A stretch of DNA of 64,000 nucleotides from Candidatus Bathyarchaeota archaeon (GTDB lineage: Archaea; Thermoproteota; Bathyarchaeia; 40CM-2-53-6): positions 377,289 through 441,288 of the forward strand of contig CAWIHH010000004.1 in NCBI GenBank assembly GCA_963835925.1, in the 5' to 3' direction. Positions 10,174 through 19,617 of the stretch are shown here, piece after piece. The notes under the pieces were generated by a model. It did not search any database. It had not been told where the DNA came from and saw only the letters and a list, made by a program, of their open reading frames with translations. Each line of letters begins with the position of its first letter. Positions within the stretch are counted from its first letter, which is position 1. The position numbers were made by a program, and so were the translations under genes.

Positions 10174-11829
10174 TCAATTGGACTCTCTAAGCATTTTGGC
10201 GATTTCTAGGAGGATCGGTGCGGGCGTCCATATCGAAAAGACTCGAAGGTATCTGATGCTGGCGGCTCGTTTCAGTCTCGTTCCATCGCCTTTTCTTAGG
10301 TATCCTTGCATGAACGCCTGAACCATTTCTTTCAGTCCCCCGGTCGGTGTGGAGCTCGTGCTGTAGTGGCCGGCATAGAAAAGTAGCTCTGCGAGGTCCC
10401 ACGAGTAATCTTCTCTTTTTCCAGCCTGCTCGAGATCCACAACATACAGTTCCCCATCCTTTGAAATGAAGTTCTCAGGTTTTGAGTCACCCATGGAGAC
10501 ATTTACCGCATGGATTCGTGCAATGGTTTCGCCGAGCGATTCCATAAGTTGATACTGCGGCTTTGAGAGGGCTCTTTGAGTCATGTTTTGTGTTACGATT
10601 TCGATCAGTGGAGTTCCGGCGATGTAGGTTTCGAGAAGAATTCTCGCTTTTAGGTTAATGTGTACGATCTGAGGAACATTAAGCCCTTTTTTGGCCAGAT
10701 AACGGTTGATTCCGTACTCGTTGCTGATCCTAGTCTTGCCTGATACGGCAAAGAACTTGCTGCCCAGTGAGACGAGATTCAGCGTGAACCATTTGAATCC
10801 ATCCCAGTCGGTGAACTTCTTGGCCACAAAACGTTCCTTGCCTGTCGTTACAAGGAAGACCTCGTTGAGTGCTCCTGCAAGTGGGGATATTGTGATGGGG
10901 CGGCCGCGGTTGAGCTCGGAAACAAGATCTTCAAGGGAGGCTCGTTCGTTGAGAGACGTCGACCCTCCCGCAGTCCGGAGGTACAAGAAGTTCTTGGGAT
11001 CTTCAGGCTCTCTGCCTTTAACTTCGATTTCCAATCCGATTCTAATGGGACTGTAGAATTCCCTTGCAAGCAGGTCCAGATCCGGGTAAATGGCACGGCC
11101 CCTAGTCAAGTAGGAGTAAAACGTCTGTCGACTCTGTCGCAGAACGTTCACGACCTGCTCAGAGGACCTTTTGACCAGCCATCTGTCGATATTAGAATCG
11201 AGAATTGTTACGTCGTCTCCATGCAACTCGACGACACCGCCCTGCATCGTCAGGATGGCGTTTTTGAATGACTCTCGTAGTGCGGAAAGGTTCTTTTCAC
11301 GAACATCGGTTTCGAGAAGTTTCAAGTACTGATCCAAGCTAGGGACGAAGACACGCGCACGCTTCCTCATTCGCGACAGACCGAAGAATTCTGGTTTGGC
11401 CACTAGCCCTCGGCACATTTCGCCGTATTCGATAACGAGATCCTTGGCCTCTTCCTTTATGATTCGAGCTTTTGCTTCGAGCTCCAAGTTTTTCAGATAT
11501 GTTTGGTTTGCGATTGGCCGATACGGATAGATGAATATCTCCGTTAGAAAATCCCCCAACGTTCCTTTTTGAACGTCTGATTCGATCAGGGTTCGGTCTG
11601 CGACGAGAAATCTTGTCTCTTCACCGTTCGCAATTCTCCGTTGAGAGCGGAGCGCGTTCGCATATTCTTCGGAGATTATGAGTATGTCTTGGCCCGGGTG
11701 GTGCGCGTATGCTGAGGGGCCGTAGGCGCACACGGCCACTCTCTGTGCAGACGGAGCAAGCTCCTCAAGTTGCTTTAGGTCTCTCTCGAGCCCCGTCCTT
11801 CCGGACATGTTGTAGCCAACTGAGCTCAT
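10174..11829 (-). CDS. protein-kinase-like (Bud32/RIO-like) protein with large N-terminal domain
   Basis: 551 aa. The C-terminal ~200 aa carry the catalytic-loop-like GDSKPENF and a VVDLEQA (DFG-equivalent) segment. The N-terminal ~330 aa are unassigned. Confidence 0.5.
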   Translation of the reverse strand: MSSVGYNMSGRTGLERDLKQLEELAPSAQRVAVCAYGPSAYAHHPGQDILIISEEYANALRSQRRIANGEETRFLVADRTLIESDVQKGTLGDFLTEIFIYPYRPIANQTYLKNLELEAKARIIKEEAKDLVIEYGEMCRGLVAKPEFFGLSRMRKRARVFVPSLDQYLKLLETDVREKNLSALRESFKNAILTMQGGVVELHGDDVTILDSNIDRWLVKRSSEQVVNVLRQSRQTFYSYLTRGRAIYPDLDLLAREFYSPIRIGLEIEVKGREPEDPKNFLYLRTAGGSTSLNERASLEDLVSELNRGRPITISPLAGALNEVFLVTTGKERFVAKKFTDWDGFKWFTLNLVSLGSKFFAVSGKTRISNEYGINRYLAKKGLNVPQIVHINLKARILLETYIAGTPLIEIVTQNMTQRALSKPQYQLMESLGETIARIHAVNVSMGDSKPENFISKDGELYVVDLEQAGKREDYSWDLAELLFYAGHYSTSSTPTGGLKEMVQAFMQGYLRKGDGTRLKRAASIRYLRVFSIWTPAPILLEIAKMLRESN

Positions 11830-11846
11830 CTGTTTGGGTTGCAGGC

Positions 11847-13136
11847 TTAAAGCTCTTGGAGTTTCTTAGGTCGATTACCTGGATTTAGATGGTTTTCCTT
11901 AATCGGTGATCGAATTGGGGAGGTTAGGGTGCTCAGAAATCTTTTGATTTGCTTCTGCCACGCTGGGTTGAAGTAGGCAAAATATGCCCCTAAAACAATG
12001 AGCTGTCTCAACGCCGCGACTGTATTGATTAGCCCGAATGGGGTAAGTTGATCTTTGAGGTAACTGGGAAGTTGCGGGTTGCTGCCACCGATGAAGTAGA
12101 ACAAGATTATGGATGCATTGAACAAGTCTGCAAGTCGGTAGAGGATGAAGTTGAAGTTCGGTGTGAGGATCATGATTGGGAAGAGCTGAATCCACATTTG
12201 CGGGTCAAAGAGGTAGATTGCTCCGAACCATGCGTACCATGAGAGAATTATCTTCTCAATGGGTTTCTTGTCAGAGGCTAATGCTCGGATGATTAGGTAC
12301 CCGATGATTCCAAGGCTGATCAAATGACCTGCGGTGCGTCCTGAAATCACATCGCCCAAGCCTAGAGATAGGGTTAGCATCGATATCCAAGTATTCTGAA
12401 GTTGATGGTTGGAAGTATGCGTGAACTGTTGCAACCATAACCAGAAGTTGGCTATTGCGAAGGGGGCATTGACCGCTACCCAGATAACTGAAGCGATTGC
12501 GATGAATCTCAGCCTAGCCTTGTTGTTTGGGAGCCCCAGCACCATCGCGGGCGCCATGCAGATTGGAATAAACTTGCTGAGTATTCCTCCAGCCAAAGCG
12601 ATAGAGCTAGCGTCGTATCTCTTCTTAAGATAGAACAGTATTGAGAGACTGACGAAATAGGCGACTATGAAGTCCCAATTATAAAAGCCGTAGATTATGA
12701 ACGTTAGAGTCGTGAGCAGATACAAGTAGATTCGTTTTTTGTCGATTCGGAGTGTGTTGCAAAGCAGGTAGATGTTGTAGATCGTGCCGATCATGAATGG
12801 ATATTGCAGAAGAGATTCAGTAACCATGTACGTGTTATATTGGTCTAGGATGACTGGCAGGTACGTTCCTACGGCCTGACCGATCCATATGATTGCCCCT
12901 ATCATTGGAGGGTATTCAAGATTGTAATCCACATATGGGATACCCATATTGTGTTGGCCCTGGTACACGTCTCGAAACCAGAGGTAACCCACATCACTGT
13001 AATTGCTGGGACTCATGAAAGGAAGTTTGGTCAGTGAAGTGTAGATCCATAGGCTGGTGGCAATGATAAGCATAAGCTTGAACTCTCGGTTGCGTCTTGT
13101 GAGGTTAACGAAACCGCCCAAGCTTTCTCTCAGCAA
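11847..13136 (-). CDS. GT-C-fold-like polytopic membrane glycosyltransferase (DUF2029/GT87-like)
   Basis: 429 aa with more than 10 helices. The first extracytoplasmic loop, SDVGYLWFRDVYQGQHNMGIPYVDYNLEYPPMIG, matches the D..Y...G..PY.D...EYPP signature I associate with DUF2029-type mannosyltransferases. Confidence 0.55.
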   Translation of the reverse strand: MLRESLGGFVNLTRRNREFKLMLIIATSLWIYTSLTKLPFMSPSNYSDVGYLWFRDVYQGQHNMGIPYVDYNLEYPPMIGAIIWIGQAVGTYLPVILDQYNTYMVTESLLQYPFMIGTIYNIYLLCNTLRIDKKRIYLYLLTTLTFIIYGFYNWDFIVAYFVSLSILFYLKKRYDASSIALAGGILSKFIPICMAPAMVLGLPNNKARLRFIAIASVIWVAVNAPFAIANFWLWLQQFTHTSNHQLQNTWISMLTLSLGLGDVISGRTAGHLISLGIIGYLIIRALASDKKPIEKIILSWYAWFGAIYLFDPQMWIQLFPIMILTPNFNFILYRLADLFNASIILFYFIGGSNPQLPSYLKDQLTPFGLINTVAALRQLIVLGAYFAYFNPAWQKQIKRFLSTLTSPIRSPIKENHLNPGNRPKKLQEL

Positions 13137-13205
13137 GAGGAGCCGCCTAGATCATTCTGCGAGCTTACTAGTCTTTAGAAGCTTTCTACGCGAGGGGTGA
13201 GCCGA

Positions 13206-13946
13206 TTACTCGGTCGATGGGGAAAAGCGCGCCTGCCAGAAGATGTGCATTAGCTCCCTGAACATACCCATGATGTCTCTGGACAGTCTCATTGAGGAAT
13301 CGGGGTTGTAGTGCCATTGCACTGGAAGTTCTACGACCTTGGCGCCCAGGCGCTTAGCCTGTATCAGAAACTCCACGTCATAGGCGAATCCTGGGTTCGC
13401 AATTTGAGCAAAGGCACGCTGCCCCACACTCGTCTTGACAGCCTTAAATCCGCACTGAGAATCCCAACGCATCCCCAGCAAAACCCTTGCAAGCACGTGG
13501 AATCCCTTGCTCAAAGCCCTCCTGCGGAATGGCTCGTCTCTGCTGCTTCCTTTCATCACGCGACTTCCAGCGACAACATCCGCGCCTCCCTGAAGGAGTT
13601 CTACAGCACGAGTAATGGTTTCAAGTGGGACGGGGAGATCCGTGTCGGTAAACACCGTATAGACACCCCGCGCTCCATCCACACCCCGCTTGAGTCCGCC
13701 GCCCTTTCCCAGCCGCGTAGCCGAATGAAGCAAAGTGATCGGGACCCCGCTGGGATTCTGTTTTCTGAACTCGTTAACGATATCAACTGTCCTATCCTTG
13801 CTTCCATCCTCGCTGGCCACAATTTCCGACGAAGGATGATTGGCGCTCAGGAAAGCATTCAGCAGTCTTAGACACGATTCCATTCGCTTCTCTTCATTAT
13901 GCGCCGGGATCAAAACCGTAAGTTCGAAGTTCGATTCAGAGATCAA
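13206..13946 (-). CDS. GT2 family glycosyltransferase, dolichyl-phosphate sugar synthase-like
   Basis: 246 aa. Has LTVLIPAHNEE, SEDGSKDRT and FTDTDL (DxD). Its size and layout match Dol-P-Glc/Man synthases. Confidence 0.75.
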   Translation of the reverse strand: MISESNFELTVLIPAHNEEKRMESCLRLLNAFLSANHPSSEIVASEDGSKDRTVDIVNEFRKQNPSGVPITLLHSATRLGKGGGLKRGVDGARGVYTVFTDTDLPVPLETITRAVELLQGGADVVAGSRVMKGSSRDEPFRRRALSKGFHVLARVLLGMRWDSQCGFKAVKTSVGQRAFAQIANPGFAYDVEFLIQAKRLGAKVVELPVQWHYNPDSSMRLSRDIMGMFRELMHIFWQARFSPSTE

Positions 13947-14072
13947 CTGATTTCAGCTTCAGTGTTATGTTATTGCCTTTCTCAAAGATTTCGCCCAGAG
14001 TAATAAGATTGCAAGATGAGCTTCCTCAGTATCTTTTAAGTAACTCTGGACAATTCAAAGTCCGGTTTCAGC

Positions 14073-14912
14073 TTGAAGGTCAAAACTCTCGTCACCGTCT
14101 TCTTCGCGGTCTACATCATCTCACTAAGCTTCATTCCCCTAGTACATGAGACCCTTTTGGCTCAAGATGCGTGGCTTGGTTACGGAACCGGTGCCTATTC
14201 CTTTCAAAGCGCAAATTACTTCATCCTGTTCAATGATCCATATGATGGCAGCAGCAAACCGAACGTGCTCATAAACCCCTATTTCGCTCCGAACGATCGA
14301 ATCAGCCTGATTGAGTTCAGCGATTGGACTTCCTATGTCAACAACTATAACCTGTTCAATGACTTTAACACGACCATGAGAGCTAGCCAGCAGGCTCTCA
14401 AAGTCACCTATGCGCGTCCTGAAATTACACTTTACAAATATGTACTCGTTTCTCCGAACCAGGTCACGATCAAGTTCAATTCGACTAGGGAATTCACAGC
14501 CCATTTAGAACTTTGGAATTGGGTGATGACTTCGGTGAACGGTTTGACTATCAAACAAACACCTAAACCTGCACAGATTCCCACGACCACACAAATTGAC
14601 TTCACATTCCAAGATCAGCGGTTGAAAAGTCATGGAGCAGGTAGGATCGTGCTATCCCGTACGCCGGTTCAAATCATGATTTGGCCCTTCGAGAACGGAT
14701 TTAACAAAATAACGATAGATTTTGTTAACAGCGAGATGGCGCTGACCGTTTCAGGTTCCATGACAGCTCCAGGAGAATCATATCCAACTTTGACTTACGC
14801 AGAACTCCCCTATATTTTACCCGTAGTAGCGGTACTAGTTGTTTCCATTTACCTGCTGGTTGACAAGTATGGAGAAACGCTCAAAAATCGTTTTTCTCGC
14901 TCTCGCCGTTAG
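14073..14912 (+). CDS. secreted protein with C-terminal membrane anchor, unknown function
   Basis: 279 aa. N-terminal signal-like helix, a beta-rich Asn/Thr-rich body with N-x-S/T sequons, and a C-terminal helix plus basic tail (..LPVVAVLVVSIYLL..RFSRSRR). Confidence 0.5.
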   Translation: MKVKTLVTVFFAVYIISLSFIPLVHETLLAQDAWLGYGTGAYSFQSANYFILFNDPYDGSSKPNVLINPYFAPNDRISLIEFSDWTSYVNNYNLFNDFNTTMRASQQALKVTYARPEITLYKYVLVSPNQVTIKFNSTREFTAHLELWNWVMTSVNGLTIKQTPKPAQIPTTTQIDFTFQDQRLKSHGAGRIVLSRTPVQIMIWPFENGFNKITIDFVNSEMALTVSGSMTAPGESYPTLTYAELPYILPVVAVLVVSIYLLVDKYGETLKNRFSRSRR

Positions 14913-16179
14913 ACTGGCTATCGCACCGTTCTTCATGCATGCCGGCGATGTTGGAACAATTTACGAATCCAGCGCCATGACCCTACAAGGCGCAAACCTC
15001 TTCGATTTTGTCTACGGAAAAACACTCCAGATACAACAGGCGACAGGTCTCCCAATCTTCTTCGAGGGTTACGCCTACCATCCATTACTGATCTACTTCT
15101 TCACACCGTTCTACTGGCTGTTCACATTGATCGCTGGACCGAATCCTGTCATGATTGATGGACACTACCCCTCTCTACCCGTACTGGTATACCCATGGAC
15201 GCCAATTCTGCTGCTGCTACTCAAAATGCCCATAATACTCGCAGACGTTGCGGTAGTTTACATCCTCTCTGGAATGGATATTCGGAAGGCCGAGATCTAT
15301 GCCTTATGCCCCTACATAGTTTTCATATCAGTTGTTTGGGGGATGTTCGATGCCATGGTTGCCGTTTTCCTGCTGGCATCCTATCTCACTTTCTCACGTA
15401 ACTCGTTTCTCTCTGGAGTTCTATACGGACTAAGCTTGATGAAGCTCTACACGATCGTGCTGTTGCCGCTGTTCGTGGTAAGACTTTTCGGAAAATGGAA
15501 AGCGCTCTTCCAGTTCCTCGCCGGCCTCACTCTAACATTGCTTCCGGTGGCCTACTACCTTATCGTCAGCCCTACCTCGATTTGGAATGTTCTCGTCACA
15601 TTTCAAGGAACGAGAGTGATGGGGGGGGTGAACCTCTACAACTTCATCTGGGTAGTTCAGGATCTGCCGTTCGACCTCAGTGTTTCAATAATCCCGAACA
15701 TCCTGCTCGTGGTTAGCCTTCTGTTGCTGTTATGGAGGTTCGGGAGAAAAGGCCCAATGCTAGAATCCATACTCGCCTTCATGCTGGCCAGCTTCCTATT
15801 TGGCAGGGTACTCAACGAACAATTTCTAGTTTCTATCTTCCCGCTAATTCTGCTCTGCAAAGAATGTGACTATCGACTGTGGGTCGCTCCGTTCGCATTC
15901 ATTTTTCTACGATCACCATTTTACTACTTTGCCCTGCCGATCCTTTGGGCCAGCCCCATCTTCTACTCATACTACCTCCAGGCGGATAACGTATGGAGGG
16001 GACTTCAAGCTGCGGGTTATCTTCAGATACCTCTCTATGCGGTTGGAGTGGCGTTTTCCTTGCTGTTGCTGTGGAACCTGCTTAGAATTCTAGATGCGAC
16101 TTCTCTCGAGTCCAACAGTAGATTACAGTGGGCAAACTTCATGCGTATATTGACGCGCGTTTTGAATGCTGCTAGGTAG
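14869..16179 (+). CDS. GT-C-like polytopic membrane protein (putative glycosyltransferase)
   Basis: About 436 aa from ATG 14869 (the track starts at TTG 14839) and overlapping the previous gene. Has more than 10 helices and an early loop, DVGTIYESSAMTLQGANLFDFVY...GYAYHPL, that resembles the loop of 11847-13136. Confidence 0.5.
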   Translation: MEKRSKIVFLALAVRLAIAPFFMHAGDVGTIYESSAMTLQGANLFDFVYGKTLQIQQATGLPIFFEGYAYHPLLIYFFTPFYWLFTLIAGPNPVMIDGHYPSLPVLVYPWTPILLLLLKMPIILADVAVVYILSGMDIRKAEIYALCPYIVFISVVWGMFDAMVAVFLLASYLTFSRNSFLSGVLYGLSLMKLYTIVLLPLFVVRLFGKWKALFQFLAGLTLTLLPVAYYLIVSPTSIWNVLVTFQGTRVMGGVNLYNFIWVVQDLPFDLSVSIIPNILLVVSLLLLLWRFGRKGPMLESILAFMLASFLFGRVLNEQFLVSIFPLILLCKECDYRLWVAPFAFIFLRSPFYYFALPILWASPIFYSYYLQADNVWRGLQAAGYLQIPLYAVGVAFSLLLLWNLLRILDATSLESNSRLQWANFMRILTRVLNAAR

Positions 16180-16789
16180 GCCTCTGCGGCCTTTTCGGCA
16201 GGTTTCGCATCCTTTTCAGGTAGTCAACCGAGAAGCATGACATGGCGAAAATCAAGACGACCAACTTGGCTGCGAAGACGACGTTGATCGCATATGGATT
16301 GGCGGGCCACCAGTTCACAATTATGTCCGGGTTCTGGAGCCCTTGAACAGACAGCCCAGCCGACCACAATACGATATGATACATGACCTCAAAACCACTC
16401 ATCATCACGAAGAACCATGCAAGCACGTATAGCGATTCGAATAGGCGATCACCAATTTTTAGGAATCTCTCCTTCGAGACTGACGAGTTTAGGCCGAAGC
16501 CGTAAGATAGAAAGAAGAGGTAGGTGAACAGTGTGATCGGTTTGATCTGTATGAGAATTAGGTTTACTTCGGCTAAGACGAGATTTTCGCCGATAACGTA
16601 TGGCGCCGTTGCCTTGAAGGAATAGGCCAGCAGCACACCTATGGCAACGATTCCAAGAATGATCGATAGAACGTTGTTTATCTCTATTGGAAAGCTCAGA
16701 GTGGAAATGGTTTTGCTGGGAACTGGGTGAGCACCGATCTTCGAACCCGGTTCCATGGTTCTTGTGAGCTTCTTTTGCATCGCGACCAC
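16172..16789 (-). CDS. four-to-five-helix membrane protein, paralogue of 58886-59437
   Basis: 205 aa. Shares IKPITLFTYL / SGFEVMYH / KLVVLIFAMS blocks with FKPVTIITYL / SGYEVIWN / KITFLIFASS in ORF 58886-59437. Confidence 0.5.
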   Translation of the reverse strand: MVAMQKKLTRTMEPGSKIGAHPVPSKTISTLSFPIEINNVLSIILGIVAIGVLLAYSFKATAPYVIGENLVLAEVNLILIQIKPITLFTYLFFLSYGFGLNSSVSKERFLKIGDRLFESLYVLAWFFVMMSGFEVMYHIVLWSAGLSVQGLQNPDIIVNWWPANPYAINVVFAAKLVVLIFAMSCFSVDYLKRMRNLPKRPQRPT

Positions 16790-16824
16790 AATTATCCTGT
16801 CTCGAAACAGCCCATGTTAAACCT

Positions 16825-17658
16825 TTACTGCCAGATGCGAAATTCCGGTCTTACGAAAATTGAGGTTAGGCGCTTAGCATCGCAAAATGAGAGCTCGGAG
16901 TGTGTTGCGTCTGAGGATCCATCTTGTCTAGAATTGGCTTGGGAATTCGCCACGTGAATGCTATTCACGTAGGCACTGTGCAGCCCGATAGCGTACGCGC
17001 CGGCTTCGAATACTAGGCTGAAAGTGAGATGGTCTGGAGGAGCCCATTGCGCGAGTGCGTATTGCCTGGTCACGTTGAAGTGCTGATACGTCCACGCCCC
17101 TAATTGCGTCCTAAGGTACACGAACCGATGAGCTAGGAGCGTCCTAGCCTCGCTCGCCTCGTCCGAGAATATGAAAGTGATTGTGTGAATGCCGTCGTTT
17201 AACTCGACGCCGAAAATCAAAGACCGTGTTGTAGATGAGCCATTACACGAACATGGCTCCGCGAGAACCCAAATGCCGACGTCATCCTCAAGCAGTTCTG
17301 CCAATCGTGCACCGTCGATTGTTTGTTTCAAGTAGAGGTAAACAGGTGCATTATCAGTGCCGCTCTGCCCGATGAGCATCTGAGCTGCGCTCTTACCGTC
17401 CACTACGGTTTCGTGTATTGAAACGTTGTCCGCGGGCCCCTTCACGTACTCCATATCCCAGAGCATGAGCCTCCTCGCTCCCGGGTCCCCGACCCAAAGT
17501 TGAAAGTTCGGATCCAGAATTGGAGGTGGACCGACGAAGTTAGGCTGCAAATCGAGGAACGCTAGTCCAGCTATTATGAGTAATAGAGTCACAGATATTG
17601 GCGCAATGAGCTTCTTGTAGGATCTCACGTTACTATCGCACCACTCTTCCCACTTCAT
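16825..17658 (-). CDS. type-II anchored extracytoplasmic protein, unknown function
   Basis: 277 aa with one N-terminal helix (LIAPISVTLLLIIAGLAFL) and then a soluble domain. It overlaps the upstream GT-C-like gene by 26 nt, consistent with an operon. Confidence 0.45.
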   Translation of the reverse strand: MKWEEWCDSNVRSYKKLIAPISVTLLLIIAGLAFLDLQPNFVGPPPILDPNFQLWVGDPGARRLMLWDMEYVKGPADNVSIHETVVDGKSAAQMLIGQSGTDNAPVYLYLKQTIDGARLAELLEDDVGIWVLAEPCSCNGSSTTRSLIFGVELNDGIHTITFIFSDEASEARTLLAHRFVYLRTQLGAWTYQHFNVTRQYALAQWAPPDHLTFSLVFEAGAYAIGLHSAYVNSIHVANSQANSRQDGSSDATHSELSFCDAKRLTSIFVRPEFRIWQ

Positions 17659-18883
17659 CTTTGTACCAGAGCACTAAGCTAAGCAAGAGTAGAGGCATCC
17701 AGTAGATCACGTAGTTGGTTAGGGCGCGATAAGAGAACCACAGAATGATCCCCGGGAACACCCAGAAAACGTACTTCAACTTATCAAAATACGCACAGAA
17801 GTTGACCAGGAGCGTGACTAGAACTGCGATGGCGAGAATTGTGTAGAAAGTTCTCCCAACTTCAACCAAGCCAACCTGAGTCAGGACTGATGGCCCTTGA
17901 CTGAGAATAACCAGATCCGAAGCGATAGGCGTCAACACATCGCCAAACCAAGTTCCCGCAGCACCGATCATGAAAGGAACGTTCACGGCAAGGAAAACCG
18001 CAGCGGCCGCGCCGGCGAACTTCAGGGTTCGCCCAAGTCTGACCCGGTTTGAAGCTTTCCGATCAATTTGCAGCATGTAGATCAGCAGAAAAGGAGCGAG
18101 CAGCCATGGAATCTGTTTGAATGCGCACGATATACCGTAGAAGATTCCGGAAAGCATCGGTTTCTTCAGGCTGAAGGCGGCGAACATCAAAGGCAGTACC
18201 CATAACATGTCTGTCACGCTGGCAGCTGTGAAATTAATCATGAGATCAGAGCCGGCAAAGAGTGGCAGTAGGATCATGGGCCTGAGATTCTGCGGACACA
18301 AAAAGTATAGCGCAAACATAACGCCGATTTCAAATGCGACAAGAACCCAACGCATGTCTGAGAGCCCGAGCCAGACGAATGGGACAAAAATGAGGAAGTG
18401 TAACGCGGGGTATTGAAACGTCGTCAGATAATTTCCTGACGTCAAAGGAGTTAGGTCGCCTGGTTGAACGCGAAACATGTCCAGTGCCCTGGACATGTCC
18501 TGCAGGTATGGGTTCGCGCCGTGATTGACGAACATGATTGCCGCGTATTGACTATATGCCAGCACATCTGTCCGGTAGGAGCCCCTGTACGCTATCTCCG
18601 CCACAACATAGACCCCTCCTAGAGTGGCAATTACGAACGGGACCAAAGGTAGATGCCGAAACCTAAGGACAACTTTAGGGGGCATTAGTGCGAGTGCCAG
18701 TACCAGGATTGAAACGCCGTAGATTATCAACGTAAGAACTGCTACTTCCGGGTTCAAGTCCGCCCTTCCCCGATTCCAATCTTGAAATCCTTCGTAGATT
18801 GCGAATTGGGCGGAGAACAGAAAGGTTACTCTAAGGATGAATAGGTTGTCGATTGGACTGAGGTTGGGACTTGTGGATTTCAC
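17633..18883 (-). CDS. GT-C-like polytopic membrane protein (putative glycosyltransferase)
   Basis: The track ORF runs to 19015, but a GTG at 18883 forms a GTGA start/stop overlap with the upstream gene and precedes the first helix. The loop TDVLAYSQYAAIMFVNHGANPYLQ...FQYPALH resembles the other two GT-C-like genes. Confidence 0.5.
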   Translation of the reverse strand: MKSTSPNLSPIDNLFILRVTFLFSAQFAIYEGFQDWNRGRADLNPEVAVLTLIIYGVSILVLALALMPPKVVLRFRHLPLVPFVIATLGGVYVVAEIAYRGSYRTDVLAYSQYAAIMFVNHGANPYLQDMSRALDMFRVQPGDLTPLTSGNYLTTFQYPALHFLIFVPFVWLGLSDMRWVLVAFEIGVMFALYFLCPQNLRPMILLPLFAGSDLMINFTAASVTDMLWVLPLMFAAFSLKKPMLSGIFYGISCAFKQIPWLLAPFLLIYMLQIDRKASNRVRLGRTLKFAGAAAAVFLAVNVPFMIGAAGTWFGDVLTPIASDLVILSQGPSVLTQVGLVEVGRTFYTILAIAVLVTLLVNFCAYFDKLKYVFWVFPGIILWFSYRALTNYVIYWMPLLLLSLVLWYKDEVGRVVR

Positions 18884-19611
18884 TCCTTTTCGACCGCCCC
18901 TTTCTCGCGTCGACGTTGTGAATTGGCTCCACGCCTCTTGCGAACGTAGCGGGTTAGCAGTTCCACCAGCGGGAAGTTCAGAATGATTATTGCAACGATC
19001 CCAACCGAGAGCCAAGCGACTACCACTGCACTCTCAGCACGGCCGGCGTGCAAGAATGGTTGAGCAGTCATCACTCGCCTGAGCTGCTCAGTCTCACCTG
19101 TTCCAACTATCACGTCACGCCAAATAGTGCCTCCATTGGTCGTGCTCACGATGTCGAAGGTTGTGGTACCAATGCCTCCCGTCATTAGCCAGATGTAGAT
19201 TTGGGGAGCATCGATGTCAACCTCTAAGACCAATTCCGCGTAGGCTTCGGTGTAGTTAAAGTTACGAATTCCTTTGAAGAAGGCCACCATGTCACCATTT
19301 CGGGTCACGATATGCTCGTATTCTGTGTCCGGCCAAGGTATCTTTCGTCCCGCGTCGAGCACGTTGTTCTCACCGTTTCCCACCAGCCATCCACTATTTA
19401 GCACAGTTTTGATTCTGATTCCATTGGTGTTTGTGCCGTTGAGGTCGTCGAACATGATTCTCCCCCAATCGGCAGTTGAATCAATAAGCACCTTCACAGG
19501 GTCAACCTGACGCCACTGATCACCCTCGTTCTGGGCTGCTACGAAGGGCGAATAGAAAGTTGAAAGAATCACCAGGGCAATGATAAGGGATGTGACCACC
19601 CTATTGGACAA
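18880..19611 (-). CDS. secreted protein with C-terminal membrane anchor, unknown function
   Basis: 243 aa. Has a signal peptide (LIIALVILSTFYSPFVAAQ), a soluble domain, a C-terminal helix and a strongly basic tail (RKRRGANSQRRREK). Confidence 0.5.
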   Translation of the reverse strand: MSNRVVTSLIIALVILSTFYSPFVAAQNEGDQWRQVDPVKVLIDSTADWGRIMFDDLNGTNTNGIRIKTVLNSGWLVGNGENNVLDAGRKIPWPDTEYEHIVTRNGDMVAFFKGIRNFNYTEAYAELVLEVDIDAPQIYIWLMTGGIGTTTFDIVSTTNGGTIWRDVIVGTGETEQLRRVMTAQPFLHAGRAESAVVVAWLSVGIVAIIILNFPLVELLTRYVRKRRGANSQRRREKGAVEKE

Positions 19612-19617
19612 GCGTCA

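Noticed and set aside
15621-15628. A G8 homopolymer inside the GT-C-like gene, considered as a possible phase-variation tract.
   Set aside because: The ORF is intact across it (RVMGGVNLY). Slipped-strand phase variation is not established for such archaeal genes, and the tract is more relevant as an indel-error hotspot.
16825-16860. The C-terminal ..VRPEFRIWQ* of ORF 16825-17658 contains PEF.
   Set aside because: No hydrophobic helix or basic cluster follows in any frame before the next gene, so it is not a PEF-CTERM signal.
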